NCBI GenBank assembly: GCA_963663965.2
Contig: CAXXFK010000028.1
Location: 192,001 to 256,000, forward strand
Source of the DNA: Sedimentisphaerales bacterium
GTDB taxonomy: Bacteria > Planctomycetota > Phycisphaerae > Sedimentisphaerales > SM23-30
Reading direction: 5' to 3'
Length of the DNA stretch: 64,000 bases
The position numbers were made by a program, and so were the translations under genes. Of the stretch, positions 1 to 10,113 are shown one piece after another (positions within the stretch are counted from its first letter, which is position 1; every line of letters starts with the position of its first letter). The notes beneath the pieces are model-generated. The model was not told the origin of the DNA and ran no database searches. It saw only the letters and a program-made list of their open reading frames with translations.

Positions 1-1333
1 CAATCGTCGTGTGTGTTCTTGCCTTATAGGCTGTAATTGAACCTCGATCCTTCCAGAAAATATTAATGCCGTATTCAGCCAGCGTTGCAACCTCCAATTC
101 ATCCCAGTTTTCTGTTGTCAGAGAACCCTGGTCAGCGCCTCGAAGCGACTTTTTGTCTGCCAGATACGGGCCCCACATGGGCTGGGCCAATCCGAAGAGG
201 TTTGACTCAATGTCTATCTGTGTGTCCAGGTAACTGCGCACACCCAAAGCAGCCGCTGCGCTGACGACGGGAATACCGCTGCACGATAGTGCGCCGCCCC
301 AGACGCTGAGCCGTGCCCCCAACAGATCGGGAGTCGGGGGATTTTCCCGGCCCATGGCGATCAAATCTTTGGCATTCGCAGTACGAGGCGTGAACCAGAT
401 GGAAACTGCTTTGCCTGAATTTTCTGCTGCTTCCAACAGCCCGCTTACTTGCCCAAACGATCTCAGTGGAACTGGAAGCAGTATTGAAAACGACTGCAAT
501 TGACACTTTCTAATCGGATCCATAATGACTTCTGGCTGTTTGAGCGCTTCGGCCAGGGACATCGGCAGCCGAATGATGAGGGCTTTATTCAGGGTGTTTC
601 GCGCATTAGCGCATACGGTATGGACGGCCATTAAGGTTGACAGGCGCTCGGCGCCGATTTCTTGGCCAATCATGTTGGCATGGTTAAGAAACTCAGCGGT
701 CAGTTGACCATGTGTCTGACCGGCGGCAGCGATCAGATTTGCCGGATCGGCGCTGTCGCAATGGTCAATGATGGTCATAGCGGTTTTAAGCTGGCTCAGT
801 GTCAAAGTGTTCAGAAGGTAACTGTCAGGAATCAATAGACTGAGAACGTCATTGGTCTCTGCGGAGGTATCCAGTTGGGACAGGATCTGCGTGACGACTT
901 TGTTATCTTTCAGTGCGTTCTCAGGTGCATTTTGCCAGTTTTTCTCTGCCTTGGTCAGCTCACTGGTAACCTCTTTAATGGTTTCAATCGCCTTGACGGT
1001 TTGATCTGGACATAACGAATTCGGATTTCGCTTCTGGATTGAACCTGTCAGATCGCACTGCCCGGAGCTATCCAGGACTGGCGCCAATAAGGCTGGATTG
1101 CTGACCGCATCGCTGCCCTTCAGTCGAAGCGCTGAAATACCCGACTGTATGGCCGTTGGCGTCGATTTAATCATATCTGTTGTCAGAACTTCGGGAATAT
1201 CCGAACCGATATACAATGGATCCTTATCGCTGTTTTCCATATGAGGGATGATGAAAACAACGACAGGGGGCTCCAGGACTGGAGTGCTTTCGCGGATGTC
1301 ATTAATCATTTGGGTACGCGTTGAAATAAGCAT
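1..1333 (-). CDS. Putative divergent contractile sheath protein (T6SS TssB/TssC-like or phage tail sheath-like); partial, runs off the window
   Basis: Not in the ORF track. ATG at 1333 with AGGAGA RBS at 1341-1346; I read 444 codons without a stop to the window edge. The C-terminal part VVSAAAALGVRSYLD...GLAQPMWG...LRG...ELEVATLAEYGINIFWKDRGSITAYKART resembles the sheath motif PSGAVAG..AR.D..G.W.APAG...E...LN..GIN.....G..VWGART. Confidence 0.55.
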   Translation of the reverse strand, partial: MLISTRTQMINDIRESTPVLEPPVVVFIIPHMENSDKDPLYIGSDIPEVLTTDMIKSTPTAIQSGISALRLKGSDAVSNPALLAPVLDSSGQCDLTGSIQKRNPNSLCPDQTVKAIETIKEVTSELTKAEKNWQNAPENALKDNKVVTQILSQLDTSAETNDVLSLLIPDSYLLNTLTLSQLKTAMTIIDHCDSADPANLIAAAGQTHGQLTAEFLNHANMIGQEIGAERLSTLMAVHTVCANARNTLNKALIIRLPMSLAEALKQPEVIMDPIRKCQLQSFSILLPVPLRSFGQVSGLLEAAENSGKAVSIWFTPRTANAKDLIAMGRENPPTPDLLGARLSVWGGALSCSGIPVVSAAAALGVRSYLDTQIDIESNLFGLAQPMWGPYLADKKSLRGADQGSLTTENWDELEVATLAEYGINIFWKDRGSITAYKARTHTTI

Positions 1334-1361
1334 AATGGTATCTCCTATATTAAATAGTTGT

Positions 1362-1757
1362 TTATCGACCACAAATAACCTCTGCATGGCCGATTACCAG
1401 TTTAGCCGGTTTGGCCTGCTTTATAATACTCTTGCAGGATCTGACCGGGGCAATGTCATCACAAAGTTGTACGCTGTCATTCATTGTTGCCGGGATTTTA
1501 TCGCCGATTACTAATGGAGTGGGTCCATTTTGAATGAAGTGGGCCTCGCTGACAAACGGTCTGATGCACTTAGGGTCACGATGTTGATTCCCATCCTGGT
1601 GCTCGATGATTTGATCAGTAAAGACCGGATTAGCATTGCCGATTTTGAGCTTGCAGTCCTGGCCTTGAAGGTCTGCCTCAAAGGTCTGGCTTATCGCCGC
1701 GACTGTATTGCCGATGAGCTGATAATGAATATCACTTGTCTGGATTTTGTTTGCCAT
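1362..1757 (-). CDS. Degenerate PAAR-repeat spike-tip-like protein
   Basis: Likely start MANKIQ at 1757 (AGGA RBS). Three PAAR-like repeats (CKLKIGNANPV; GPTPLVIGDKIPATMNDSVQLC; SIIKQAKPAKLVIG), an N-terminal DIH motif and Cys/His residues; about 131 aa. Confidence 0.55.
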   Translation of the reverse strand: MANKIQTSDIHYQLIGNTVAAISQTFEADLQGQDCKLKIGNANPVFTDQIIEHQDGNQHRDPKCIRPFVSEAHFIQNGPTPLVIGDKIPATMNDSVQLCDDIAPVRSCKSIIKQAKPAKLVIGHAEVICGR

Positions 1758-1761
1758 AAGA

Positions 1762-3270
1762 TTATCCTTTACTATCATCAGAGTTTTGTTTTTCCGGTTT
1801 CAAACCATTTTCAAGCATAACCACATTTTTAAATACACCAAGGGTTTGGTTGTCCTCGCTGTTCAACTGTGATTCAATCGTTCTGGCAATTCCTAGCGCA
1901 ATTTTCATAGCATTTTTAGCATTTTCATTTTCCAGTTTATCCGAAGAAAAACGAGCGTATATCATGGCTTTGGTGGCTTGAACCTCGAAGTGCTGATGGG
2001 GATTTGCAGTTAAAGCTTCGGCAATTCGTACACGCATCAGGCACTGGTCGAGTCCGAGTACACCGGACTTAACGCCGTCATCCAGCGGAAAAAGCATATC
2101 CCGAGACGTGACCGTTTCAACGGCATACCTGTCATCCATCGGACTCGGCAATGTCGCCGCATACAGGAGACGCCGGGTTTTCATGCCAACCACCCTGAGA
2201 CGATATTGATCTGCTTTCAATTGAAGCTGAACGATTACCAGTTCTTTATCCTTATAACCGGCTGCCTGGACAATGGATGCCGCATTCGCGACCGTCATCC
2301 AGCTGGATACCTCCACATTGGGTATGTCAAATCCCAGGAGTTTGGAAAACAGGCCGCTTGCGATAATCGGAGCATCCTTGGAGCGAGGCAGTTGTGAAAC
2401 ATAACATGTAAGCCAGTGTCTCACATCGTCATTAGTGGCCATAATGGCGATGATAAAATCCTCCTGGTCAAGAATTTTGGCTAGCTTGTCGGCATCAATA
2501 GATTCAGTCCATTCCGCTATAGTGTGATTAGTCCGAGTAGATTGCATGGCCGGATATGTCAGCGATGTTGAATCAGGCATTTCAGCCGGATTATTTACCT
2601 CTTTTGTTGATTTTTGAAAGGCCCAGGCAATTCCGGTAATCGCAAGCATGACCACAAAAATCGCCATGGGAATTACAAACGACGGCTCACAGTGGAAAAT
2701 ACTATCTTTGACTGCTTTGTAACGACGGTAAAGGGCGCTGGGGGCAGGGCGATAAGGTGCCAGCATTTCTGCTAGGCCCGGATGCTGTTCCGGTAGATTC
2801 TCAAACGGCTTACGGTACTTGCGCCGGCCTTTAAAGATGATTTTTGCGATCGTGTTTCGAACTTGCTGGTTGCCCGTAGCGGCCAGATGTGCAAACACAA
2901 CTGCGGCGGGCAGGTTGGCTCTCCCATCTATGTTAACCGGGTGAGTTTCCGGATTCCACCCGAGAGCCATCAGCAATTCGCTATAGAAATGGAGATCTGA
3001 TATGAGCAGGGCCGGATCAAGTAGATATCGGGCAACCGTCTGGCGGAGTTCCTCTAGGCACAGATCGGGATCATGGATTCGATCCAGTACTGGCTGAAGA
3101 TCCTGTTTGTTATCGATACGGTTTAACGATTTGCTGATAAGGAAGTCAATTGCCTTTTTTATCACTGGATGGCAGTTATCGACGGCATCCAGGAGAAGGT
3201 GATATTCTTCAGTTTCGAGGTGATTAACTTCGCGAAGCCGGGCGACAAGTTGTGTCACTTTAGGATTCAT
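1762..3270 (-). CDS. Single-pass membrane protein with degenerate OmpA-like C-terminus (TssL/TagL-like architecture)
   Basis: Helical N-terminus with LHFYSELLMALGW (weakly DotU-like); TM helix FVIPMAIFVVMLAITGIAWAF; C-terminal MLFPLDDG...RIAEALTANPHQHFEVQAT resembles OmpA domains but lacks GHTD. Stop codon lies just before the next gene's start. Confidence 0.4.
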   Translation of the reverse strand: MNPKVTQLVARLREVNHLETEEYHLLLDAVDNCHPVIKKAIDFLISKSLNRIDNKQDLQPVLDRIHDPDLCLEELRQTVARYLLDPALLISDLHFYSELLMALGWNPETHPVNIDGRANLPAAVVFAHLAATGNQQVRNTIAKIIFKGRRKYRKPFENLPEQHPGLAEMLAPYRPAPSALYRRYKAVKDSIFHCEPSFVIPMAIFVVMLAITGIAWAFQKSTKEVNNPAEMPDSTSLTYPAMQSTRTNHTIAEWTESIDADKLAKILDQEDFIIAIMATNDDVRHWLTCYVSQLPRSKDAPIIASGLFSKLLGFDIPNVEVSSWMTVANAASIVQAAGYKDKELVIVQLQLKADQYRLRVVGMKTRRLLYAATLPSPMDDRYAVETVTSRDMLFPLDDGVKSGVLGLDQCLMRVRIAEALTANPHQHFEVQATKAMIYARFSSDKLENENAKNAMKIALGIARTIESQLNSEDNQTLGVFKNVVMLENGLKPEKQNSDDSKG

Positions 3271-3321
3271 ATTGTTTGATTCCTTTCTTTTTGTACGGGT
3301 TGTTTACTAAGGATCGTGTTC

Positions 3322-3495
3322 TCAAGCGGGAATTGCGTGGCTGGTATGATACAGCCTATCTCGTGTCATATTGGCACAGTTATCACAGTCGAACTTGCTC
3401 CTATGGATTTCTGTATTTTGGGGAGATTCCTTCGTAGCGTTGATCGTTTTAATTTGAGTGGTACCGTCTGGGGCAACAATGAATATTCGCTTCAT
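3322..3495 (-). CDS. Small protein (57 aa) with N-terminal FIVxPxGxTxI motif and CxxC
   Basis: ATG at 3495 with AGGAGA RBS; begins MKRIFIVAPDGTTQIK; first gene of the leftward operon. Confidence 0.6.
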   Translation of the reverse strand: MKRIFIVAPDGTTQIKTINATKESPQNTEIHRSKFDCDNCANMTRDRLYHTSHAIPA

Positions 3496-4096
3496 GATTA
3501 TTCTCCTATGAATAGTGGTTGTGTTAAAATTCTCATCGATCGTCGTGAATAAAATATACAACAAAGAGAACTTGTACTTCGTCAAGTCTGGATATTACAA
3601 TGAAAGCATCCAGTCGTTTTGTCGGTTTAATGAGGTTCATTATCTTCATCTCTTTAGTATCAAATATTTGTCACTAATAGGTCTTTGCCCATAAGGGGTA
3701 CTCCTGAAGAAAAATATCAAAAAAAATTGGAAAATTTTATTATGCTGAAGCGTAACTATGAAATGGATTGGATTTGTAGGACAAAATCAAACGTATGTAA
3801 GATGTTAATAACTAAAGAGATAGAGATGTATTTTTTGTTTGGGGCCAAATGGCAATAAAAAGTTCTTTTGGGTTGAATATTGTTGCTTTTACCATGACGA
3901 ACAATTATGATTTTGCTATCGAATTTGTCGATTTGTCGATCAAAAACTTAGCTTTTAATAACCGCCTTCTTAAAATGTCACTATTCGTATTGTGATATGA
4001 TACTTCCTTTTTTAAGCGTGTATTTTGGTCGGTTATTATACCACTTAATAAACAGGACATGTTATTGATATCACACATACTTAAGAGAGGTTTATT

Positions 4097-7000
4097 ATGA
4101 ATTGCCTGGTTTACTTGTTTTTAAGCGTGCTAATTGTATTGGGTCAAAATGTCTTTGCCCAAGACAAAAGTGGTTTTTCGGAGCACAACGAATCAGAACA
4201 GAAACTCCCTACGACGGAATCACTTGAAGCGACTAAAACTGTCAGGGAGAAAATCCAGGCCCATCTTCAAATGTATGAGTATGATAAGGCATTGCCCCTT
4301 TTAGAACAGCGGCTAGAAATTGTTAAAAAGTCGCACAATAATCAACCTCATAGAGAAGTAGCTGAAATTCTTGACAATATTGCTGATTGTAAATACCGAT
4401 ATTTTTGGCCTAATGAGGCGGTTGCGTATCAACAAAAAGCCCATCAAATGTGGTTAAAATTATTTCCAGAAGAAAACTGTGTCGACGTGGCGAGAAGCTA
4501 TACTCGAATGGCTATTTATCTTGCGGCCACAGGAGCCATTCCCGAAAGCCGTCAGCACCAACAGAAGGCAAATGATATTTGGGTGAAATATGCTACTGAC
4601 ACAAATCCCGATATGATTAGAAACAGTACACTAAAAGCCATATACTTCAATAGCGAAGGATATCCCGACAAGGCCATTCAACAAATCAACATGGCGCTTG
4701 ATTTATGGCAAAAGACTTATCCCAACAAGAAATACCCGGATATGACTAAATGTTATATCCAATTAGCTCAGAGCTATGAGGCCATGCAACACCCTGAGCA
4801 GGCCCAAACTCAATTTGATAATGCAATCAAATTGCTGTTGGAAATATTCTCTGATCGGGATTGTCCAGATATTGCATGGTGTAAATCGGAATTAGCGGGT
4901 TATCAGCAAAGATTGGGCCGTTACCAAGACGCCTTAACATCTCAAAATGAGGCTGTTGAAATTTGGCTGAAATTATATCCCGACTTGAGTCATCCGATGG
5001 TGGCCCATAACTTTACCTTACTTGCCAACTGTTATGCTCAAAATAATGAAAATTCTAATGCGATAAGGTATTACCAAAAAGCGATTGATGCTTACAATGT
5101 CTACCATCATAATCAGAACCATCCTGATATTGCCAGAAGTTATACAAATCTGGCTATGTATTATCAAAATACGGAAAACCCCGCCCAAGCAGAAGCTTAT
5201 CAAAAAAAAGCGGTTGAAATGTGGTTACACTTGGATCCTAAGATGTCTCATCCTGAAATCGCATGGAACATTACAGTATTGGCAAATTGCTATGTCGCCT
5301 TGAATAAAAGCCCGGAGGCGGTTTTGCATTTTGAAAAAGCCCTAACGGCGAATCTTAATATGTATAAGAATCAAGATCATCCTGAAATAGCAAATAGTTA
5401 TCTTAATCTTGGACGCTATCTTGGGATGACAGGCCATTGGAATGAAGCAATGCCGGTTATTAAGAAGGCTGTTGCAATGTGGGAGCAATTGTCTCCGAAC
5501 AAGTATTTTGCTGAGATAGCTATCAGTAAAACGGTTTTGGCTGGTTGTTTAACCATGGGGGGCAAGCATACCGAAGCTTTGCCGGTTATTGAAGAGGCCG
5601 TAAAAATATGGGACCAGTTCCTGCCCGGTCAGAATTATATAGAGATCATCAAAAGCAAAACTGTTCTGGCCGGCTGCCTGTTCGGGGTAGGACGCCATAA
5701 TGAAGCATTGCCGGAAATTAAGGATGCAGTGGCGATGTTAGACCAATTATTTCCGAACAAAGATCTTGCTGAAAAGGCTATGAGCAAGACGTTGTTTGCC
5801 GGTTGTCTAGCCGGGATTGGTGAGTATACTGAAGCGTTGTCAGTTATAGAAGATGCGGTTAAAATGTGGGATCGGCTCCTGCCCGGCCAGGATCATCTCG
5901 AGATCGCCAGAAGCAAAGCTGTCCAGGCAGGGGTACTTTCGTTCGCAGGCCGCTATGATGAAGCCTTGCCGATAATTGAGCAAGCCAATACAATGTGGGA
6001 AAAGCTTTTGTCCGACCAGATTCGCCCTGAAATCGCTATCAGTTATACTATTAAGGGTGAAAGCCTTTTGGGGTGTGGGAAGGCTCAAGATGCTCTCTTC
6101 TTTATTACAAAGGCGAAAGAGATATATGACCAAATATACCGCAATCAAGATCATCCGGAAGTAGCTAGATGTAATACTGTATTAGCAGGATGCCTGGCCG
6201 ACTTAAAAAGATTTCAAGAAGCGTTACCCATTGCCAGTAACAGTAATAAGATGTGGATAAAGTTATATCCTGGTGAAGATCGCCCAGAAGTTGCTTTCAG
6301 CCATTCCGTTCTAGCAAGATGTTTTGACTACACTGGAAATCCAGGTAAAGCATTGGAATATCAGAAAAAATCCCATGATATGCTACTTAGAATGTCGCAT
6401 GGAAAAGATAATCTTGGAGTGGCTATGAGCTACACGAGATTAGCCCTCATTTATCTGGATGCATTAAAAATGCCTCAGGAAGCCCTGAAATATCAGGAAG
6501 AAGCTTTGGCTATGCTTAAAAGTCTCTATCCTGATCAAAATCATCCAGAAATTGCCCGGTGCTATTTTATTAAAGGTGGATGTTATTTATCCACAGAACC
6601 TGATGAGGCAATCAGGTATTACGACAAAGCACTTAAGATACGCTTACGGCTTCTTCCTGTCGATCATCCTGATATAGCTTTAAATTATTCCAAGATCAGC
6701 CTTGCGTATATGATGAAGCACGAATACTCTATGGCATCGGTGAACCAGCAAAAAGCTTTGGATATATATTTGCAATTATATGAAAATCAATATAACCAGG
6801 ATGTCGTGGATAGTTATAATGGAGTAATTGTATGCTATATTATGGTAAAACGATATCAAGATGCGATTAGTCGATGTAATGATCTTTATAACTATTTGAA
6901 ACGATTTAAAGATGACGATGATCCTGAAATTATCAAAGTATATGAAAAGATAGCCTTGTGCTATTCTGCTCTTGATCAACATTCCGAGGCAAAAAAATAT

Positions 7001-9847
7001 TATGAAAAGCTAGATGGGATTCTTCATAACGATAGATCAGCAATAATTAAAAACTATCTTGATTTATCAAAATGCAATCTCTATCTATGCCATTTCGATG
7101 AAGCGTTGAAGTATTGTGATATGGCCCTCACCGAAGCATTGAATTATGGAAACAGCGAATTAATGGCTAGCAGTTATTTGGAAACCGCTATTGTCTATTT
7201 ACTGTCATCTTCGCCTCGGAAAGCGGTTGATTATGCGAGGAATGCTTTGGCTATTTATAGAGACATATCAGGTGAAAAGAGTCCGGATGTCGCACTGTGC
7301 TATGCTACATTATCGAGTTGTCTTCCTGCGGCAGGCAAACATGCAGAGGCGTATTCATACTGCATGAAATCATACGAATTATGGCAAGAGATTTTTCAAG
7401 ACACACATTCCATTAGCCCTGATCTTCAATATTTTTCATACAGAGATAGCTATGCTTCAATGAGCAAAATGAAAGGACTCTATTATTTAATGTATGAGAA
7501 ATATTCAGAGGCATCCGCTTGTCTGGAAGAATTTTTTGAATGGTATTCCGGGACGGATCAGATGGAGTTAATTGGTGGAGTTGTCGTGCAGGCCCTATGT
7601 TTTATTGCATTAGAAAAAGATGAAGAAGCACGTAAATTGCTTGATGATAGTCAGGAATTATTCAGACAATTTCGATTGGGTGATATCAGATCCTCATTCT
7701 ATCATATGTTACTGGCATCATGTTATATGTCTTTGGAGCAGCCAGAAGAAGCTCTTTCCTTGGTGGAGAAGGCGCTGGAAATCAGTCGGAGTCGATATCC
7801 TACTGAGGATAATTTGGAAATTGCGATGGAATATATTATGTTAGGCGCTATTTATGGTTCCTGTAGTCAGTATCCAGAGGCATATCTGCGATTTAATCAG
7901 GCTACCCAAATTTATAAAAAACATGATCACAATATTGGTATGGCTGCCGGGTATCGTGGCCAATACGCTTGCAGCTATCTATCATCAAATGATGCTACTG
8001 AAACCATTACACTATTAGAGAACGCATTGTCTTCCAGTTGGAAGCATATCGCTATTAATTTTCCATATTGCAATCAATCATTGAAAGAGCAACTCTTGTC
8101 CAGTGAATCGATGGATTTTCAGGGACAGCAGGATCTGATGTTCAACTTGATCTTAAAGAGAACGTCAAAAACAGACTCGTTGTCTCAAACAGCAAGAAAC
8201 ACAATTGGATATCAAACGCTTCTAGATATGAAACATGTTTTGCTGGAAGCCCAGGCAAAAGAGCAGCAAGTGATAAATGCCATTGCACGGTTGGACCCAG
8301 ACATTAAAGAGAAGTGCCAAAAATATATCGATCTCAGAAGGCAATATTCCCCTTTATGGATTCAATCTATAGATCCATCACAAAGTACGCAACCTGTCTC
8401 ACCTGAATGCCTTGAGAAATTGCATAATGAAATCGATTCTCTTGCCAGAGATATCCGCGATACAAATCCTCAATTTTTTCAAAATGCCGAGTTAGATAGA
8501 ATCTCCATTGCGGATATTCAAAAGTCCTTAAGGCCCGGACAAGTTCTGCTTGACTATGTAACATATCGACCATTAGATTTAGATAAAGTTGATTCAATTT
8601 CATTTAGCGACCAGCTACGCTATGCGGTTTTTATATTAAGTGGGGATACTGAAATAATTAACTTCATTGATCTGGAAAATTCTGAAAAGCTGGATTATTT
8701 TATTGAACAGTATCTCGACCTGTTAGAAAAACAAACCAAGCCAAGTATAAATGGCAGACACTTAAGCCAGGATGATGAACTGACGTTAGCCTCTATTTCG
8801 TCTCGAATCAAAAATATAATTTTACCAAAGGATGTTATCGCCTGTCTGGATCATGCTGACCGGTTGTATATTGTTCCAGCCGGCAATTTATTCCGTTTTC
8901 CATTTGAAGCGTTGCCGGGCCGGGAAATGAACGCCGGTCCGGATCTGAATTACCTGATAGATCAATATCAATTCGATATTATCTACTTAAACACTGCACG
9001 AGAATTAGTGAATCGAATTACCACAGACACAACCAGTGACTGGAATAGTGTTAAGCCTAAAAAGGCATGTAGCATTGTAAACCCGGACTTTAATGCAGAG
9101 TCGAGTTCTGTCAAAAGAAAATCCGAAAATAAAGACATGAAATTATTTCTTCCTGAGCCCGAGGTAGAGTTGATGGAGTACGGCGAAGGCATGATAGCTC
9201 GTGTGCCAAAAAAATGGGGCCAATTACCCCTTACTCAAAAATTAACAGATTCACTTAGCAGTCTTTTAAAACAAGGTTTCACGTTGGATCCAAATTGTTC
9301 TGGTGTTTTAGCGGTAGAAAAAGCATTTTATGATGGATCGCATTGTCAAATTATGAATATTGCCACCCATGGTTATTACTGTAACAATAAATGGATCAAT
9401 CCGTTGAATCGCTCAATGTTAATTATGGCGGGTGCTAATAATCGCGACCCCAATAATTACCCTGATGATAGCCTTCTAACTGCTTATGAAATAGTTGGCA
9501 CGGATTTGAGCGATGTCGATTTCGTGAATCTCATTGCTTGTCAAACTGGCCAAGGCCAGTTAGATAATTATCATGGTGTGATTGGTCTTCGGTCTGCTTT
9601 TATGATGGCCGGCGCTCGCTCAATGAGCGCCAGTTTATGGAGCGTTGATGAAGCATCGACTGTCGTTCAGATGACTGATTTTTATAATTGTTGGCTAGGT
9701 AACGACCATATCGATTCTTATAACCGATATCGAGCATTCAGGGCGGCCCAGCTGGAAGCCAGAAAAAGGAATCCTCACCCTTGGTATTGGGCCGGTTTCG
9801 TGTATATTGGCGATCCCGGCGACTGGCCAGGTCGCCAAACACAATAA
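4097..9847 (+). CDS. Exported TPR-repeat CHAT (caspase-like) protease
   Basis: Signal peptide MNCLVYLFLSVLIVLGQNVFA; many ~43-aa HPEIA-type TPR repeats; CHAT motifs IVPAGNLFRFPFEAL, ATHG (H1758), ACQTG (C1815), SLWSV and HPWYWAGF; GAGG RBS. Confidence 0.93.
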   Translation: MNCLVYLFLSVLIVLGQNVFAQDKSGFSEHNESEQKLPTTESLEATKTVREKIQAHLQMYEYDKALPLLEQRLEIVKKSHNNQPHREVAEILDNIADCKYRYFWPNEAVAYQQKAHQMWLKLFPEENCVDVARSYTRMAIYLAATGAIPESRQHQQKANDIWVKYATDTNPDMIRNSTLKAIYFNSEGYPDKAIQQINMALDLWQKTYPNKKYPDMTKCYIQLAQSYEAMQHPEQAQTQFDNAIKLLLEIFSDRDCPDIAWCKSELAGYQQRLGRYQDALTSQNEAVEIWLKLYPDLSHPMVAHNFTLLANCYAQNNENSNAIRYYQKAIDAYNVYHHNQNHPDIARSYTNLAMYYQNTENPAQAEAYQKKAVEMWLHLDPKMSHPEIAWNITVLANCYVALNKSPEAVLHFEKALTANLNMYKNQDHPEIANSYLNLGRYLGMTGHWNEAMPVIKKAVAMWEQLSPNKYFAEIAISKTVLAGCLTMGGKHTEALPVIEEAVKIWDQFLPGQNYIEIIKSKTVLAGCLFGVGRHNEALPEIKDAVAMLDQLFPNKDLAEKAMSKTLFAGCLAGIGEYTEALSVIEDAVKMWDRLLPGQDHLEIARSKAVQAGVLSFAGRYDEALPIIEQANTMWEKLLSDQIRPEIAISYTIKGESLLGCGKAQDALFFITKAKEIYDQIYRNQDHPEVARCNTVLAGCLADLKRFQEALPIASNSNKMWIKLYPGEDRPEVAFSHSVLARCFDYTGNPGKALEYQKKSHDMLLRMSHGKDNLGVAMSYTRLALIYLDALKMPQEALKYQEEALAMLKSLYPDQNHPEIARCYFIKGGCYLSTEPDEAIRYYDKALKIRLRLLPVDHPDIALNYSKISLAYMMKHEYSMASVNQQKALDIYLQLYENQYNQDVVDSYNGVIVCYIMVKRYQDAISRCNDLYNYLKRFKDDDDPEIIKVYEKIALCYSALDQHSEAKKYYEKLDGILHNDRSAIIKNYLDLSKCNLYLCHFDEALKYCDMALTEALNYGNSELMASSYLETAIVYLLSSSPRKAVDYARNALAIYRDISGEKSPDVALCYATLSSCLPAAGKHAEAYSYCMKSYELWQEIFQDTHSISPDLQYFSYRDSYASMSKMKGLYYLMYEKYSEASACLEEFFEWYSGTDQMELIGGVVVQALCFIALEKDEEARKLLDDSQELFRQFRLGDIRSSFYHMLLASCYMSLEQPEEALSLVEKALEISRSRYPTEDNLEIAMEYIMLGAIYGSCSQYPEAYLRFNQATQIYKKHDHNIGMAAGYRGQYACSYLSSNDATETITLLENALSSSWKHIAINFPYCNQSLKEQLLSSESMDFQGQQDLMFNLILKRTSKTDSLSQTARNTIGYQTLLDMKHVLLEAQAKEQQVINAIARLDPDIKEKCQKYIDLRRQYSPLWIQSIDPSQSTQPVSPECLEKLHNEIDSLARDIRDTNPQFFQNAELDRISIADIQKSLRPGQVLLDYVTYRPLDLDKVDSISFSDQLRYAVFILSGDTEIINFIDLENSEKLDYFIEQYLDLLEKQTKPSINGRHLSQDDELTLASISSRIKNIILPKDVIACLDHADRLYIVPAGNLFRFPFEALPGREMNAGPDLNYLIDQYQFDIIYLNTARELVNRITTDTTSDWNSVKPKKACSIVNPDFNAESSSVKRKSENKDMKLFLPEPEVELMEYGEGMIARVPKKWGQLPLTQKLTDSLSSLLKQGFTLDPNCSGVLAVEKAFYDGSHCQIMNIATHGYYCNNKWINPLNRSMLIMAGANNRDPNNYPDDSLLTAYEIVGTDLSDVDFVNLIACQTGQGQLDNYHGVIGLRSAFMMAGARSMSASLWSVDEASTVVQMTDFYNCWLGNDHIDSYNRYRAFRAAQLEARKRNPHPWYWAGFVYIGDPGDWPGRQTQ

Positions 9848-10113
9848 TTATTACTGTTCTTAGAATTGTAAGTTGGTTTTATTTGGCCATATTACAATTA
9901 TAGCTTGAGTTTACATAAGGGCCTATAAAAAAAGGTGTTATGTATTATTGTCTGTTTGGCCAATAATGCCTTTTCGGCATTTTTCCCGATTATGTATATT
10001 CGAGTAATTCATTTAAGGGCGGAAAAAACATAAAAAAAGGTGAAATTTCCATAAATGATTCCTCCATATAAGTGAAAGTAAACATTACATCACTTATTAT
10101 GGAGATTTCAATT

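Noticed and set aside
207..1514. Short ORF-track calls (207-506, 525-707, 1248-1514)
   Set aside because: They overlap the longer RBS-led minus-strand ORFs in other frames or strands.
3923..3938. ATTTGTCG tandem repeat in the divergent promoter region
   Set aside because: Only two copies in AT-rich DNA and no matching site at the other promoters; chance cannot be excluded.
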